DNA from: Eledone cirrhosa
Lineage: Eukaryota
NCBI GenBank assembly: GCA_964016885.1
Contig: OZ024741.1
Location: 411,370,001-411,434,000, forward strand
Length of the DNA: 64,000 nucleotides
Direction of reading: 5' to 3'
The translations under genes and the position numbers were made by a program. Of this stretch, positions 1 through 18,000 are shown one piece after another; position 1 is the first letter of the stretch; each line of letters opens with the position of its first letter. The notes below the pieces were generated by a model, which did not search any database, was not told the DNA's origin, and worked only from the letters and a program-made list of their open reading frames with translations.

Positions 1-3000
1 CAACTATTGCCACCACTGCCACCAACACCTTACACTAGTTCCTTCACTACTACTATTGCCACCACTGCCACCAACACCTTACACTAGTTCCTTCACTACA
101 ACTATTGCCACCACTGCCACCAACACCTTACACTAGTTCCTTCACTACAACTATTGCCACCACTGCCACCAACACCTTACACTAGTTCCTTCACTACAAC
201 TATTGCCACCACTGCCACCAACACCTTACACCAGTTCCTTCACTACAACTATTGCCACCACTGCCACCAACACCTTACACCAGTTCCTTCACTACAACTA
301 TTGCCACCACTGCCACCAATACCTTACACCAGTTCCTTCACTACAACTATTGCCACCACTGCCACCAACACCTTACACCAGTTCCTTCACTACTACTATT
401 GCCACCACTGCCACCAACACCTTACACTAGTCCCTTCACTACTACTATTGCCACCACTGCCACCAACACCTTACACTAGTTCCTTAACTACAACTATTGC
501 CACCACTGCCACCAACACCTTACACTAGTTCCTTCACTACAACTATTGCCACCACTGCCACCAACACCTTACACTAGTTCCTTCACTACAACTATTGCCA
601 CCACTGCCACCAACACCTTACACTAGTCCCTTCACTACTACTATTGCCACCACTGCCACCAACACCTTACACTAGTTCCTTAACTACAACTATTGCCACC
701 ACTGCCACCAACACCTTACAATAGTTCCTTCACTACAACTATTGCCACCACTGCCACCAACACCTTACACTAGTTCCTTAACTACAACTATTGCCACCAC
801 TGCCACCAACACCTTACAATAGTTCCTTCACTACAACTATTGCCACCACTGCCACCAACACCTTACACTAGTTCCTTCACTACAACTATTGCCACCACTG
901 CCACCAACACCTTACACCAGTTCCTTCACTACTACTATTGCCACCACTGCCACCAACACCTTACACTAGTCCCTTCACTACTACTATTGCCACCACTGCC
1001 ACCAACACCTTACACTAGTTCCTTAACTACAACTATTGCCACCACTGCCACCAACACCTTACACCAGTTCCTTCACTACAACTATTGCCACCAACACCTT
1101 ACACTAGTTCCTTCACTACAACTATTGCCACCACTGCCACCAACACCTTACACCAGTTCCTTCACTACAACTATTGCCACCACTGCCACCAACACCTTAC
1201 ACTAGTCCCTTCACTACTACTATTGCCACCACTGCCACCAACACCTTACACTAGTCCCTTCACTACAACTATTGCCACCACTGCCACCAACACCTTACAC
1301 TAGTTCCTTAACTACAACTATTGCCACCACTGCCACCAACACCTTACACTAGTTCCTTCACTACAACTATTGCCACCACTGCCACCAACACCTTACACCA
1401 GTTCCTTCACTACAACTATTGCCACCACTGCCACCAATACCTTACACCAGTTCCTTCACTACAACTATTGCCACCACTGCCACCAATACCTTACACTAGT
1501 TCCTTCACTACTACTATTGCCACCACTGCCACCAACACCTTACACCAGTTCCTTCACTACAACTATTGCCACCACTGCCACCAATACCTTATACCAGTTC
1601 CTTCACTACAACTATTGCCACCACTGCCACCAACACCTTACACTAGTTCCTTCACTACTACTATTGCCACAACTGCCACCAACACCTTACACCAGTTCCT
1701 TCACTACTACTATTGCCACCACTGCCACCAACACCTTACACTAGTTCCTTCACTACTACTATTGCCACCACTGCCACCAACACCTTACACTAGTTCCTTC
1801 ACTACAACTATTGCCACCACTGCCACCAACACCTTACACCAGTTCCTTCACTACAACTATTGCCACCACTGCCACCAACACCTTACACCAGTTCCTTCAC
1901 TACTACTATTGCCACCACTGCCACCAACACCTTACACCAGTTCCTTCACTACAACTATTGCAACCACTGCCACCAACACCTTACACTAGTTCCTTCACTA
2001 CTACTATTGCCACCACTGCCACCAACACCTTACACCAGTTCCTTCACTACTACTATTGCCACCACTGCCACCAACACCTTACACTAGTTCCTTCACTACT
2101 ACTATTGCCACCACTGCCACCAACACCTTACACTAGTTCCTTCACTACAACTATTGCCACCACTGCCACCAACACCTTACACTAGTTCCTTCACTACTAC
2201 TATTGCCACCACTGCCACCAACACCTTACACTAGTTCCTTCACTACAACTATTGCCACCAACACCTTACACCAGTTCCTTCACTACAACTATTGCCACCA
2301 CTGCCACCAACACCTTACACTAGTTCCTTCACTACTACTATTGCCACCACTGCCACCAACACCTTACACTAGTTCCTTCACTACAACTATTGCCACCACT
2401 GCCACCAACACCTTACACCAGTTCCTTCACTACAACTATTGCCACCACTGCCACCAACACCTTACACCAGTTCCTTCACTACTACTATTGCCACCACTGC
2501 CACCAACACCTTACACTAGTTCCTTCACTACAACTATTGCCACCACTGCCACCAACACCTTACACCAGTTCCTTCACTACTACTATTGACACCACTGCCA
2601 CCAACACCTTACACTAGTTCCTTCACTACAACTATTGCCACCAACACCTTACACCAGTTTCTTCACTACTACTATTGCCACCACTGCCACCAACACCTTA
2701 CACCAGTTCCTTCACTACTACTATTGCCACCACTGCCACCAACACCTTACACTAGTTCCTTCACTACTACTATTGCCACCACTGCCACCAACACCTTACA
2801 CTAGTTCCTTCACTACTACTATTGCCACCACTGCCACCAACACCTTACACTAGTTCCTTCACTACAACTATTGCCACCAACACCTTACACCAGTTCCTTC
2901 AATACAACTATTGCCACCAACACCTTACACCAGTTCCTTCACTACTACTATTGCCACCACTACCACCAACACCTTACACCAGTTCCTTCACTACAACTAT

Positions 3001-6000
3001 TGCCACCACTGCCACCAACACCTTACACTAGTTCCTTCACTACTACTATTGCCACCACTGCCACCAACACCTTACACCAGTTCCTTCACTACAACTATTG
3101 CCACCACTGCCACCAACACCTTACACCAGTTCCTTCACTACAACTATTGCCACCACTGCCACCAACACCTTACACTAGTTCCTTCACTACTACTATTGCC
3201 ACCACTGCCACCAACACCTTACACCAGTTCCTTCACTACAACTATTGCCACCACTGCCACCAACACCTTACACCAGTTCCTTCACTACAACTATTGCCAC
3301 CACTGCCACCAACACCTTACACTAGTTCCTTCACTACAACTATTGCCACCACTGCCACCAACACCTTACACCAGTTCCTTCACTACTACTATTGCCACCA
3401 CTGCCACCAACACCTTACACTAGTTCCTTCACTACTACTATTGCCACCACTGCCACCAACACCTTACACTAGTTCCTTCACTACAACTATTGACACCACT
3501 GCCACCAACATCTTACACCAGTTCCTTCACTACAACTATTGCCACCACTGCCACCAACACCTTACACTAGTTCCTTCACTACTACTATTGCCACCACTGC
3601 CACCAACACCTTACACTAGTTCCTTCACTACTACTAATGCCACCACTGCCAGCAAAACCTTACACCAGTTCCTTCACTACAACTATTGCCACCACTGCCA
3701 CCAACACCTTACACTAGTTCCTTCACTACAACTATTGCCACCACTGCCACCAACACCTTACACCAGTTCCTTCACTACAACTATTGCCACCGTAGCCACC
3801 AACACCTTACACCAGTTCCTTCACTACAACTATTGCCACCGCTGCCACCAACACCTTACACTAGTTCCTACACTACAACTATTGCCACCACTGCCACCAA
3901 CACCTTACACTAGTTCCTTCACTACTACTATTGCCACCACTGCCACCAACACCTTACACTAGTTCCTTCACTACTACTATTGCCACCACTGCCACCAACA
4001 CCTTACACCAGTTCCTTCACTACAACTATTGCCACCACTGCCACCAACACCTTACACTAGTTCCTTCACTACTACTATTGCCACCACTGCCACCAACACC
4101 TTACACTAGTTCCTTCACTACAACTATTGCCACCACTGCCACCAACACCTTACACTAGTTCCTTCACTACAACTATTGCCAGCACTGCCACCAACACCTT
4201 ACACTAGTTCCTTCACTACAACTATTGCCACCACTGCCACCAACACCTTACACTAGTTCCTTCACTACAACTATTGCCACCACTGCCACCAACACCTTAC
4301 ACTAGTTCCTTCACTACTACTATTGCCACCACTGCCACCAACACCTTACACCAGTTCCTTCACTACAACTATTGCCACCACTGCCACCAACACATTACAC
4401 CAGTTCCTTCACTACAACTATTGCCACCACTGCCACCAACACCTTACACTAGTTCCTTCACTACAACTATTGCCACCACTGCCACCAACACCTTACACCA
4501 GTTCCATCACTACAACTATTGCCACCACTGCCACCAACACCTTACACTAGTTCCTTCACTACTACTATTGCCACCACTGCCACCAACACCTTACACTAGT
4601 TCCTTCACTACAACTATTGCCACCAACATCTTACACCAGTTCCTTCACTACAACTATTGCCACCAACACCTTACACCAGTTCCTTCACTACTACTATTGC
4701 CACCACTACCACTAACACCTTACACCAGTTCCTTCACTACAACTATTGCCACCACTGCCACCAACACCTTACACTAGTTCCTTCACTACTACTATTGCCA
4801 CCACTGCCACCAACACCTTACACTAGTTCCTTCACTACAACTATTGCCACCATTGCTACCAACACCTTACACTAGTTCCTTCACTACTACTATTGCCACC
4901 ACTGCCACCAACACCTTACACTAGTTCCTTCACTACAACTATTGCCACCACTGCCACCAACACCTTACACCAGTTCCTTCACTACAACTATTGCCACCAC
5001 TGCCACCAACACCTTACACTAGTTCCTTCACTACTACTATTGCCACCACTGCCACCAACACCTTACACCAGTTCCTTCACTACAACTATTGCCACCAACA
5101 CCTTACACCAGTTCCTTCACTACAACTATTGCCACCACTGCCACCAACACCTTACACTAGTTCCTTCACTACTACTATTGCCACCACTGCCACCAACACC
5201 TTACACCAGTTCCTTCACTACAACTATTGCCACCACTGCCACCAACACCTTACACCAGTTCCTTCACTACAACTATTGCCACCACTGCCACCAAAACCTT
5301 ACACTAGTTCCTTCACTACAACTATTGCCACCACTGCCACCAACACCTTACACCAGTTCCATCACTACAACTATTGCCACCACTGCCACCAACACCTTAC
5401 ACTAGTTCCTTCACTACTACTATTGCCACCACTGCCACCAACACCTTACACCAGTTCCTTCACTACAACTATTGCCACTACTGCCACCAACACCTTACAC
5501 TAGTTCCTTCACTACAACTATTGCCACCACTGCCACCAACACCTTACACCAGTTCCTTCACTACTACTATTGCCACCACTGCCAGCAACACCTTACACCA
5601 GTTCCATTAATACTACTATTGCCACCACTGCCACCAACACCTTACACCAGTTCCTTCACTACAACTATTGCCACCACTGCCACCAACACCTTACACTAGT
5701 TCCTTCACTACAACTATTGTCACCACTGCCACCAACACCTTACACTAGTTCCTTCACTACAACTATTGCCACCACTGCCACCAACACCTTACACCAGTTC
5801 CTTCACTACTACTATTGCCACCACTGCCACCAACACCTTACACCAGTTCCTTCACTACTACTATTGCCACCACTGCCACCAACACCTTACACCAGTTCCT
5901 TCACTACGACTATTGCCACCACTGCCACCAACACCTTACACTAGTTCCTTCACTACTACTATTGCCACCACTGCCACCAACACCTTACACTAGTTCCTTC

Positions 6001-9000
6001 ACTACAACTATTGCCACCACTGCCACCAACACCTTACACCAGTTCCTTCACTACAACTATTGCCACCACTGCCACCAACACCTTACACCAGTTCCTTCAC
6101 TACTACTATTGCCACCACTGCCACCAACACCTTACACCAGTTCCTTCACTACAACTATTGCAACCACTGCCACCAACACCTTACACTAGTTCCTTCACTA
6201 CTACTATTGCCACCACTGCCACCAACACCTTACACTAGTTCCTTCACTACTACTATTGCCACCACTGCCACCAACACCTTACACTAGTTCCTTCACTACA
6301 ACTATTGCCACCACTGCCACCAACACCTTACACTAGTTCCTTCACTACTACTATTGCCACCACTGCCACCAACACCTTACACTAGTTCCTTCACTACAAC
6401 TATTGCCACCAACACCTTACACCAGTTCCTTCACTACAACTATTGCCACCACTGCCACCAACACCTTACACTAGTTCCTTCACTACAACTATTGCCACCA
6501 ACACCTTACACCAGTTTCTTCACTACTACTATTGCCACCACTGCCACCAACACCTTACACCAGTTCCTTCACTACTACTATTGCCACCACTGCCACCAAC
6601 ACCTTACACTAGTTCCTTCACTACTACTATTGCCACCACTGCCACCAACACCTTACACTAGTTCCTTCACTACTACTATTGCCACCACTGCCACCAACAC
6701 CTTACACTAGTTCCTTCACTACAACTATTGCCACCACTGCCACCAACACCTTACACTAGTTCCTTCACTACTACTATTGCCACCACTGCCACCAACACCT
6801 TACACCAGTTCCTTCACTACAACTATTGCCACCACTGCCACCAACACATTACACCAGTTCCTTCACTACAACTATTGCCACCACTGCCACCAACACCTTA
6901 CACCAGTTCCTTCACTACTACTATTGCCACCACTGCCACCAACACCTTACACCAGTTCCTTCACTACTACTATTGCCACCACTGCCACCAACACCTTACA
7001 CTAGTTCCTTCACTACAACTATGGCCACCACTGCCACCAACACCTTACACCAGTTCCTTCACTACTACTATTGCCACCACTGCCACCAACACCTTACACC
7101 AGTTCCTTCACTACTACTATTGCCACCACTGCCACCAACACCTTACACTAGTTCCTTCACTACAACTATGGCCACCACTGCCACCAACACCTTACACCAG
7201 TTCCTTCACTACTACTATTGCCACCACTGCCACCAACACCTTACACTAGTTCCTTCACTACTACTATTGCCACCACTGCCACCAACACCTTACACCAGTT
7301 CCTCCACTACAACTATTGCCACCAACACCTTACGCCAGTTCCTTCACTACAACTATTGCCACCACTGCCACCAACACCTTACACCAGTTCCTTCACTACA
7401 ACTATTGCCACCACTGCCACCAACACCTTACACTAGTTCCTTCACTACAACTATTGCCACCACTGCCACCAACACCTTACACCAGTTCCTTCACTACTAC
7501 TATTGCCACCACTGCCACCAACACCTTACACCAGTTCCTTCACTACAACTATTGCCACCACTGCCACCAACACCTTAGACCAGTTCCTTCACTACTACTA
7601 TTGCCACCACTGCCACCAACACCTTACACCAGTTCCTTCACTACTACTATTGCCACCACTGCCACCAACATCTTACACCAGTTCCTTCACTACAACTATT
7701 GCCACCACTGCCACCAACACCTTACACTAGTTCCTTCACTACAACTATTGCCACCACTGCCACCAACACCTTACACCAGTTCCTTCACTACAACTATTGC
7801 CACCACTGCCACCAACACCTTACACTAGTTCCTTCACTACAACTATTGCCACCACTGCCACCAACACCTTACACCAGTTCCTTCACTACAACTATTGCCA
7901 CCACTGCCACCAACACCTTACACCAGTTCCTTCACTACAACTATTGCCACCACTGCCACCAACACCTTACACTAGTTCCTTCACTACTACTATTGCCACC
8001 ACTGCCACCAACACCTTACACTAGTTCCTTCACTACAACTATTGCCACCACTGCCACCAACACCTTACACTAGTTCCTTCACTACTACTATTGCCACCAC
8101 TGCCACCAACACCTTACACTAGTTCCTTCACTACTACTATTGCCACCACTGCCACCAACACCTTACACCAGTTCCTTCACTACAACTGTTGCCACCACTG
8201 CCACCAACACCTTACACTAGTTCCTTCACTACTACTATTGCCACCACTGCCACCAACACCTTACACTTGTTCCTTCACTACAACTATTGCCACCACTGCC
8301 ACCAACACCTTACAATAGTTCCTTCACTACAACTATTGCCACCACTGCCACCAACACCTTACACCAGTTCCTTCACTACTACTATTGCCACCACTGCCAC
8401 CAACACCTTACACCAGTTCCTTCACTACAACTATTGCCACCACTGCCACCAACACCTTACACTACTTCCTTCACTACAACTATTGCCACCAAAACCTTAC
8501 ACCAGTTCCTTCACTACAACTATTGCCACAACTGCCACCAACACCCTACACTAGTTCCTTCACTACTACTATTGCCACCACTGCCACCAACACCTTACAC
8601 CAGTTCCTTCACTACTACTATTGCCACCACTGCCACCAACACCTTACACTAGTTCCTTCACCACAATTATTGCCACCCACTGCCACCAACACCTTACACC
8701 AGTTCCTTCACTACAACTATTGCCACCACTGCCACCAACACCCTACACTAGTTCCTTCACTACTACTATTGCCACCAACACCTTACACTAGTTCCTTCAC
8801 TACAACTATTGCCACCAACACCTTACACCAATTCCTTCACTACAACTATTGCCACCACTGCCACCAACACCTTACACCAGTTCCTTCACTAGTACTATTG
8901 CCACCACTGCCACCAACACCTTACACTAGTTCCTTCACTACAACTATTGCCACCACTGCCACCAACACCTTACACCAGTTCCTTCACTAGTACTATTGTC

Positions 9001-12000
9001 ACCACTGCCACCAACACCTTACACTAGTTCCTTCACTACAACTATTGCCACCAACACCTTACACCAGTTCCTTCACTACAACTATTGCCACCACTGCCAC
9101 CAACACCTTACACCAGTTCCTTCAGTAGTACTATTGCCACCACTGCCACCAACACCTTACACTAGTTCCTTCACCACAACCATTGGCACCACTGCCACCA
9201 ACACCTTACACCAGTTCCTTCACTACAACTATTGCCACCACTGCCACCAACACCCTACGCTAGTTCCTTCACTACTACTATTGCCACCACTGCCACCAAC
9301 ACCTTACACTAGTTCCCTCACTACAACTATTGCCAGCAACACCTTACACCAGTTCCTTCACTACAACTATTGCCACCACTGCCACCAACACCTTACACCA
9401 GTTCCTTCACTAGTACTATTGCCACCACTGCCACCAACACCTTACACTAGTTCCTTCACTACAACTATTGCCACCAACACCTTACACCAGTTCCTTCACT
9501 ACAACTATTGCCACCACTGCCACCAACACCTTACACCAGTTCCTTCACTACAACTATTGCCACCACTGCCACCAACACCTTACACCAGTTCCTTCACTAC
9601 AACTATTGCAACCACTGCCACCAACACCTTACACTAGTTCCTTCACTACAACTATTGCCACCACTGCCACCAACACCTTACACTAGTTCCTTCACTACAA
9701 CTATTGCCACTACTGCCACCAACACCTTACACCAGTTCCTTCACTACAACTATTGTCACCACTGCCACCAACACCTTACACTAGTTCCTTCACTACAACT
9801 ATTGCCACCACTGACACCAACACCTTACACTAGTTCCTTCACTACAACTATTGCCACCAACACCTTACACCAGTTCCTTCACTACAACTATTGCCACCAC
9901 TGCCACCAACACCTTACACCAGTTCCTTCACTACAACTATTGCCACCACTGCCACCAACACCTTACACTAGTTCCTTCACTACAACTATTGCCACCACTG
10001 CCACCAACACCTTACACTAGTTCTTTCACTACAACTATTGCCACCACTGCCACCAACACCTTACACTAGTTCCTTCACTACAACAATTGCCACCAACACC
10101 TTACACCAGCTCCTTCACTACTACTATTGCCACCACTGCCACCAACACCTTACACCAGTTCCTTCACTACTGCTATTGCCACCACTGCCACCAACACCTT
10201 ACACCCATTCCTTCACTACAACTATTGCCACCAACACCTTACACCAGTTCCTTCACTACAACTATTGCCACCACTGCCACCAACACCTTACACTAGTTCC
10301 TTCACTACAACTATTGCCACCAACCCCTTACACCAGTTCCTTCACTACAACTATTGCCACCACTGCCACCAACACCTTACACCAGCTCCTTCACTACTAC
10401 TATTGCCACCACTGCCACCAACACCTTACACCAGTTCCTTCACTACAACTATTGCCACCACTGCCACCAACACCTTACACCAGCTCCTTCACTACTACTA
10501 TTGCCACCACTGCCACCAACACCTTACACCAGTTCCTTCACTACAACTATTGCCACCACTGCCACCAACACCTTACACCAGCTCCTTCACTACTACTATT
10601 GCCACCACTGCCACCAACACCTTACACTAGTTCCTTCACTACTACTATTGCCACCACTGCCACCAACACCTTACACCAGTTCCTTCACTACAACTATTGC
10701 CACCAACACCTTACACCAGTTCCTTCACTACTACTATTGCCACCACTGCCACCAACACCTTACACCAGTTCCTTCACTACAACTATTGCCACCACTGCCA
10801 CCAACACCTTACACCAGCTCCTTCACTACTACTATTGCCACCACTGCCACCAACACCTTACACCAGCTCCTTCACTACAACTATTGCCACCACTGCCACC
10901 AACACCTTACACCAGCTCCTTCACTACAACTATTGCCACCACTGCCACCAACACCTTACACCAGCTCCTTCACTACTACTATTGCCACCACTGCCACCAA
11001 CACCTTACACCAGTTCCTTCACTACTACTATTGCCACCACTGCCACCAACACCTTACACCAGTTCCTTCACTACAACTATTGCCACCACTGCCACCAACA
11101 CCTTACACCAGCTCCTTCACTACTACTATTGCCACCACTGCCACCAACACCTTACACCAGTTCCTTCACTACAACTATTGCCACCAACACCTTACACCAG
11201 TTCCTTCACTACTACTATTGCCACCACTGCCACCAACACCTTACACCAGTTCCTTCACTACAACTATTGCCACCACTGCCACCAACACCTTACACCAGCT
11301 CCTTCACTACTACTATTGCCACCACTGCCACCAACACCTTACACCAGTTCCTTCACTACAACTATTGCCACCAACACCTTACACCAGTTCCTTCACTACA
11401 ACTATTGCCACCACTGCCACCAACACCTTACACCAGTTCCTTCACTACAACTATTGCCACCAACACCTTACACCAGTTCCTTCACTACAACTATTGCCAC
11501 CACTGCCACCAACACCTTACACCAGCTCCTTCACTACTACTATTGCCACCACTGCCACCAACACCTTACACTAGTTCCTTCACTACAACTATTGCCACCA
11601 CTGCCACCAACACCTTACACCAGCTCCTTCACTACTACTATTGCCACCACAGCCACCAACACCTTACACCAGTTCCTTCACTACTACTATTGCCACCACT
11701 GCCACCAACACCTTACACCAGCTCCTTCACTACTACTATTACCACCACTGCCACCAACACCTTACACCAGTTCCTTCACTACAACTATTGCCACCACTGC
11801 CACCAACACCTTACACCAGCTCCTTCACTACTACTATTGCCACCACAGCCACCAACACCTTACACCAGTTCCTTCACTACTACTATTGCCACCACTGCCA
11901 CCGACACCTTACACTAGTTCCTTCACTACAACTATTGCCACCAACACCTTACACCAGTTCCTTCACTACAACTATTGCCACCACTGCCACCAACACCTTA

Positions 12001-15000
12001 CACCAGTTCCTTCACTACAACTATTGCCACCACTGCCACCAACACCTTACACCAGTTCCTTCACTACAACTATTGCCACCACTGCCACCAACACCTTACA
12101 CCAGTTCCTTCACTACTACTATTGCCACCACTGCCACCAACACCTTACACCAGTTCCTTCACTACAACTATTGCCACCACTGCCACCAACACCTTACACT
12201 AGTTCCTTCACTACTACTATTGCCACCACTGCCACCAACACCTTACACCAGTTCCTTCACTACAACTATTGCCACCACTGCCACCAACACCTTACACTAG
12301 TTCCTTCACTACTACTATTACCACCACTGCCACCAACACCTTAAACCAGTTCCTTCACTACAACTATTGCCACCAACACCTAACACCAGTTCCTTCACTA
12401 CTACTATTGCCACTACTGCCACCAACACCTTAAACCAGTTCCTTCACTACTACTATTGCCACCACTGCCACCAACACCTTACACCAGTTCCTTCACTACA
12501 ACCATTGCCACCACTGCCACCAACACCTTACACCAGTTCCTTCACTACAACTATTACCACCACTGCCACCAACACCTTACACCAGTTCCTTCACTACAAC
12601 TATTACCACCACTGCCACCAACACCTTACACTATTTCCTTCACTACTACTATTGCCACCACTGCCACCAACACCTTACACCAGTTCCTTCACTACAACTA
12701 TTACCACCACTGCCACCAACACCTTACACCAGTTCCTTCACTACTACTATTGCCACCACTGCCACCAACACCTTACACCAGTTCCTTCACTACAACTATT
12801 GCCACCAATGCCACCAACACCTTACACCAGTTCCTTCACTACTACTATTGCCACCACTGCCACCAACACCTTACACCAGTTCCTTCACTACTACTATTGC
12901 CACCACTGCCACCAACACCTTACACCAGTTCCTTCACTACTACTATTGCCACTACTGCCACCAACACCTTAAACCAGTTCCTTCACTACTACTATTGCCA
13001 CCACTGCCACCAACACCCTACATTAGTTCCTTCACTACTACTATTGCCACCAACACCTTACACTATTTCCTTCACTACAACTATTGCCACCAACACCTTA
13101 CGCCAGTTCCTTCACTACTACTATTGCCACTACTGCCACCAACACCTTACACCAGTTCCTTCACTACTACTATTGCCACCACTGCCACCAACACCCTACA
13201 TTAGTTCCTTCACTACTACTATTGCCACCAACACCTTACACTAGTTCCTTCACTACAACTATTGCCACCAACACCTTACACCAGTTCCTTCACTACAACT
13301 ATTGCCACCACTGCCACCAACACCTTACACCAGTTCCTTCAGTAGTACTATTGCCACCACTGCCACCAACACCTTACACTAGTTCCTTCACCACAACTAT
13401 TGCCACCACTGCCACCAACACCTTACACCAGTTCCTTCACTACAACTATTGCCACCACTGCCACCAACACCCTACACTAGTTCCTTCACTATTACTATTG
13501 CCACCACTGCCACCAACACCTTACACTAGTTCCCTCACTACAACTATTGCCAGCAACACCTTACACCAGTTCCTTCACTACTACTATTGCCACCACTGCC
13601 ACCAACACCTTACACTAGTTCCTTCACTACAACTATTGCCACCACTGCCACCAACACCTTACACCAGTTCCTTCACTACAACTATTGCCACCACTGCCAC
13701 CAACACCTTACACCAGTTCCTTCACTACAACTATTGCCACCACTGCCACCAACACCTTACACCAGTTCCTTCACTACAACTATTGCAACCACTGCCACCA
13801 ACACCTTACACTAGTTCCTTCACTACAACTATTGCCACTACTGCCACCAACACCTTACACCAGTTCCTTCACTACAACTATTGTCACCACTGCCACCAAC
13901 ACCTTACACTAGTTCCTTCACTACAACTATTGCCACCACTGACACCAACACCTTACACTAGTTCCTTCACTACAACTATTGCCACCAACACCTTACACCA
14001 GTTCCTTCACTACAACTATTGCCACCACTGCCACCAACACCTTACACCAGTTCCTTCACTACAACTATTGCCACCACTGCCACCAACACCTTACACCAGT
14101 TCCTTCACTACAACTATTGCCACCACTGCCACCAACACCTTACACTAGTTCCTTCACTACAACTATTGCCACCAACACCTTACACCAGCTCCTTCACTAC
14201 AACTATTGCCACCACTGCCACCAACACCTTACACCAGTTCCTTCACTACAACTATTGCCACCACTGCCACCAACACCTTACACTAGTTCCTTCACTACAA
14301 CTATTGCCACCACTGCCACCAACACCTTACACCAGTTCCTTCACTACAACTATTACCACCACTGCCACCAACACCTTACACCAGTTCCTTCACTACAACT
14401 ATTACCACCACTGCCACCAACACCTTACACTATTTCCTTCACTACTACTATTGCCACCACTGCCACCAACACCTTACACCAGTTCCTTCACTACAACTAT
14501 TACCACCACTGCCACCAACACCTTACACCAGTTCCTTCACTACTACTATTGCCACCACTGCCACCAACACCTTACACCAGTTCCTTCACTACAACTATTG
14601 CCACCAATGCCACCAACACCTTACACCAGTTCCTTCACTACTACTATTGCCACCACTGCCACCAACACCTTACACCAGTTCCTTCACTACTACTATTGCC
14701 ACCACTGCCACCAACACCTTACACCAGTTCCTTCACTACTACTATTGCCACTACTGCCACCAACACCTTAAACCAGTTCCTTCACTACTACTATTGCCAC
14801 CACTGCCACCAACACCCTACATTAGTTCCTTCACTACTACTATTGCCACCAACACCTTACACTATTTCCTTCACTACAACTATTGCCACCAACACCTTAC
14901 GCCAGTTCCTTCACTACTACTATTGCCACTACTGCCACCAACACCTTACACCAGTTCCTTCACTACTACTATTGCCACCACTGCCACCAACACCCTACAT

Positions 15001-18000
15001 TAGTTCCTTCACTACTACTATTGCCACCAACACCTTACACTAGTTCCTTCACTACAACTATTGCCACCAACACCTTACACCAGTTCCTTCACTACAACTA
15101 TTGCCACCACTGCCACCAACACCTTACACCAGTTCCTTCAGTAGTACTATTGCCACCACTGCCACCAACACCTTACACTAGTTCCTTCACCACAACTATT
15201 GCCACCACTGCCACCAACACCTTACACCAGTTCCTTCACTACAACTATTGCCACCACTGCCACCAACACCCTACACTAGTTCCTTCACTATTACTATTGC
15301 CACCACTGCCACCAACACCTTACACTAGTTCCCTCACTACAACTATTGCCAGCAACACCTTACACCAGTTCCTTCACTACTACTATTGCCACCACTGCCA
15401 CCAACACCTTACACTAGTTCCTTCACTACAACTATTGCCACCACTGCCACCAACACCTTACACCAGTTCCTTCACTACAACTATTGCCACCACTGCCACC
15501 AACACCTTACACCAGTTCCTTCACTACAACTATTGCCACCACTGCCACCAACACCTTACACCAGTTCCTTCACTACAACTATTGCAACCACTGCCACCAA
15601 CACCTTACACTAGTTCCTTCACTACAACTATTGCCACTACTGCCACCAACACCTTACACCAGTTCCTTCACTACAACTATTGTCACCACTGCCACCAACA
15701 CCTTACACTAGTTCCTTCACTACAACTATTGCCACCACTGACACCAACACCTTACACTAGTTCCTTCACTACAACTATTGCCACCAACACCTTACACCAG
15801 TTCCTTCACTACAACTATTGCCACCACTGCCACCAACACCTTACACCAGTTCCTTCACTACAACTATTGCCACCACTGCCACCAACACCTTACACCAGTT
15901 CCTTCACTACAACTATTGCCACCACTGCCACCAACACCTTACACTAGTTCCTTCACTACAACTATTGCCACCAACACCTTACACCAGCTCCTTCACTACA
16001 ACTATTGCCACCACTGCCACCAACACCTTACACCAGTTCCTTCACTACAACTATTGCCACCACTGCCACCAACACCTTACACTAGTTCCTTCACTACAAC
16101 TATTGCCACCACTGCCACCAACACCTTACACCAGTTCCTTCACTACAACTATTGCCACCGACACCTTACACCAGTTCCTTCACTACAACTATTGCCACCA
16201 CTGCCACCAACACCTTACACTAGTTCCTTCACTACAACTATTGCCACCAACCCCTTACACCAGTTCCTTCACTACAACTATTGCCACCACTGCCACCAAC
16301 ACCTTACACCAGCTCCTTCACTACTACTATTGCCACCACTGCCACCAACACCTTACACCAATTCCTTCACTACAACTATTGCCACCACTGCCACCAACAC
16401 CTTACACTAGTTCCTTCACTACTACTATTGCCACCACTGCCACCAACACCTTACACCAGTTCCTTCACTACAACTATTGCCACCACTGCCACCAACACCT
16501 TACACCAATTCCTTCACTACAACTATTGCCACCACTGCCACCAACACCTTACACTAGTTCCTTCACTACTACTATTGCCACCACTGCCACCAACACCTTA
16601 CACTAGTTCCTTCACTACAACTATTGCCACCAACCCCTTACACCAGTTCCTTCACTACAACTATTGCCACCACTGCCACCAACACCTTACACCAGCTCCT
16701 TCACTACTACTATTGCCACCACTGCCACCAACACCTTACACCAATTCCTTCACTACAACTATTGCCACCACTGCCACCAACACCTTACACCAGTTCCTTC
16801 ACTACTACTATTGCCACCACTGCCACCAACACCTTACACCAGTTCCTTCACTACAACTATGGCCACCACTGCCACCAACACCTTACACCAGTTCCTTCAC
16901 TACAACTATTGCCACCACTGCCACCAACACCTTACACCAGCTCCTTCACTACTACTATTGCCACCACTGCCACCAACACCTTACACCAGTTCCTTCACTA
17001 CAACTATTGCCACCACTGCCACCAACACCTTACACCAGCTCCTTCACTACTACTATTGCCACCACTGCCACCAACACCTTACACCAGTTCCTTCACTACA
17101 ACTATTGCCACCACTGCCACCAACACCTTACACCAGTTCCTTCACTACAACTATTGCCACCACTGCCACCAACACCTTACACCAGTTCCTTCACTACAAC
17201 TATTGCCACCACTGCCACCAACACCTTACACCAGTTCCTTCACTACTACTATTGCCACCACTGCCACCAACACCTTACACCCATTCCTTCACTACAACTA
17301 TTGCCACCAACACCTTACACCAGTTCCTTCACTACAACTATTGCCACCACTGCCACCAACACCTTACACTAGTTCCTTCACTACAACTATTGCCACCAAC
17401 CCCTTACACCAGTTCCTTCACTACAACTATTGCCACCACTGCCACCAACACCTTACACCAGCTCCTTCACTACTACTATTGCCACCACTGCCACCAACAC
17501 CTTACACCAGTTCCTTCACTACAACTATTGCCACCAACCCCTTACACCAGTTCCTTCACTACAACTATTGCCACCACTGCCACCAACACCTTACACCAGC
17601 TCCTTCACTACTACTATTGCCACCACTGCCACCAACACCTTACACTAGTTCCTTCACTACAACTATTGCCACCAACCCCTTACACCAGTTCCTTCACTAC
17701 AACTATTGCCACCACTGCCACCAACACCTTACACCAGCTCCTTCACTACTACTATTGCCACCACTGCCACCAACACCTTACACCAGTTCCTTCACTACAA
17801 CTATGGCCACCACTGCCACCAACACCTTACACCAGTTCCTTCACTACAAGTATTGCCACCACTGCCACCAACACCTTACACCAGTTCCTTCACTACAACT
17901 ATTGCCACCACTGCCACCAACACCTTACACCAGCTCCTTCACTACTACTATTGCCACCACTGCCACCAACACCTTACACCAGTTCCTTCACTACAACTAT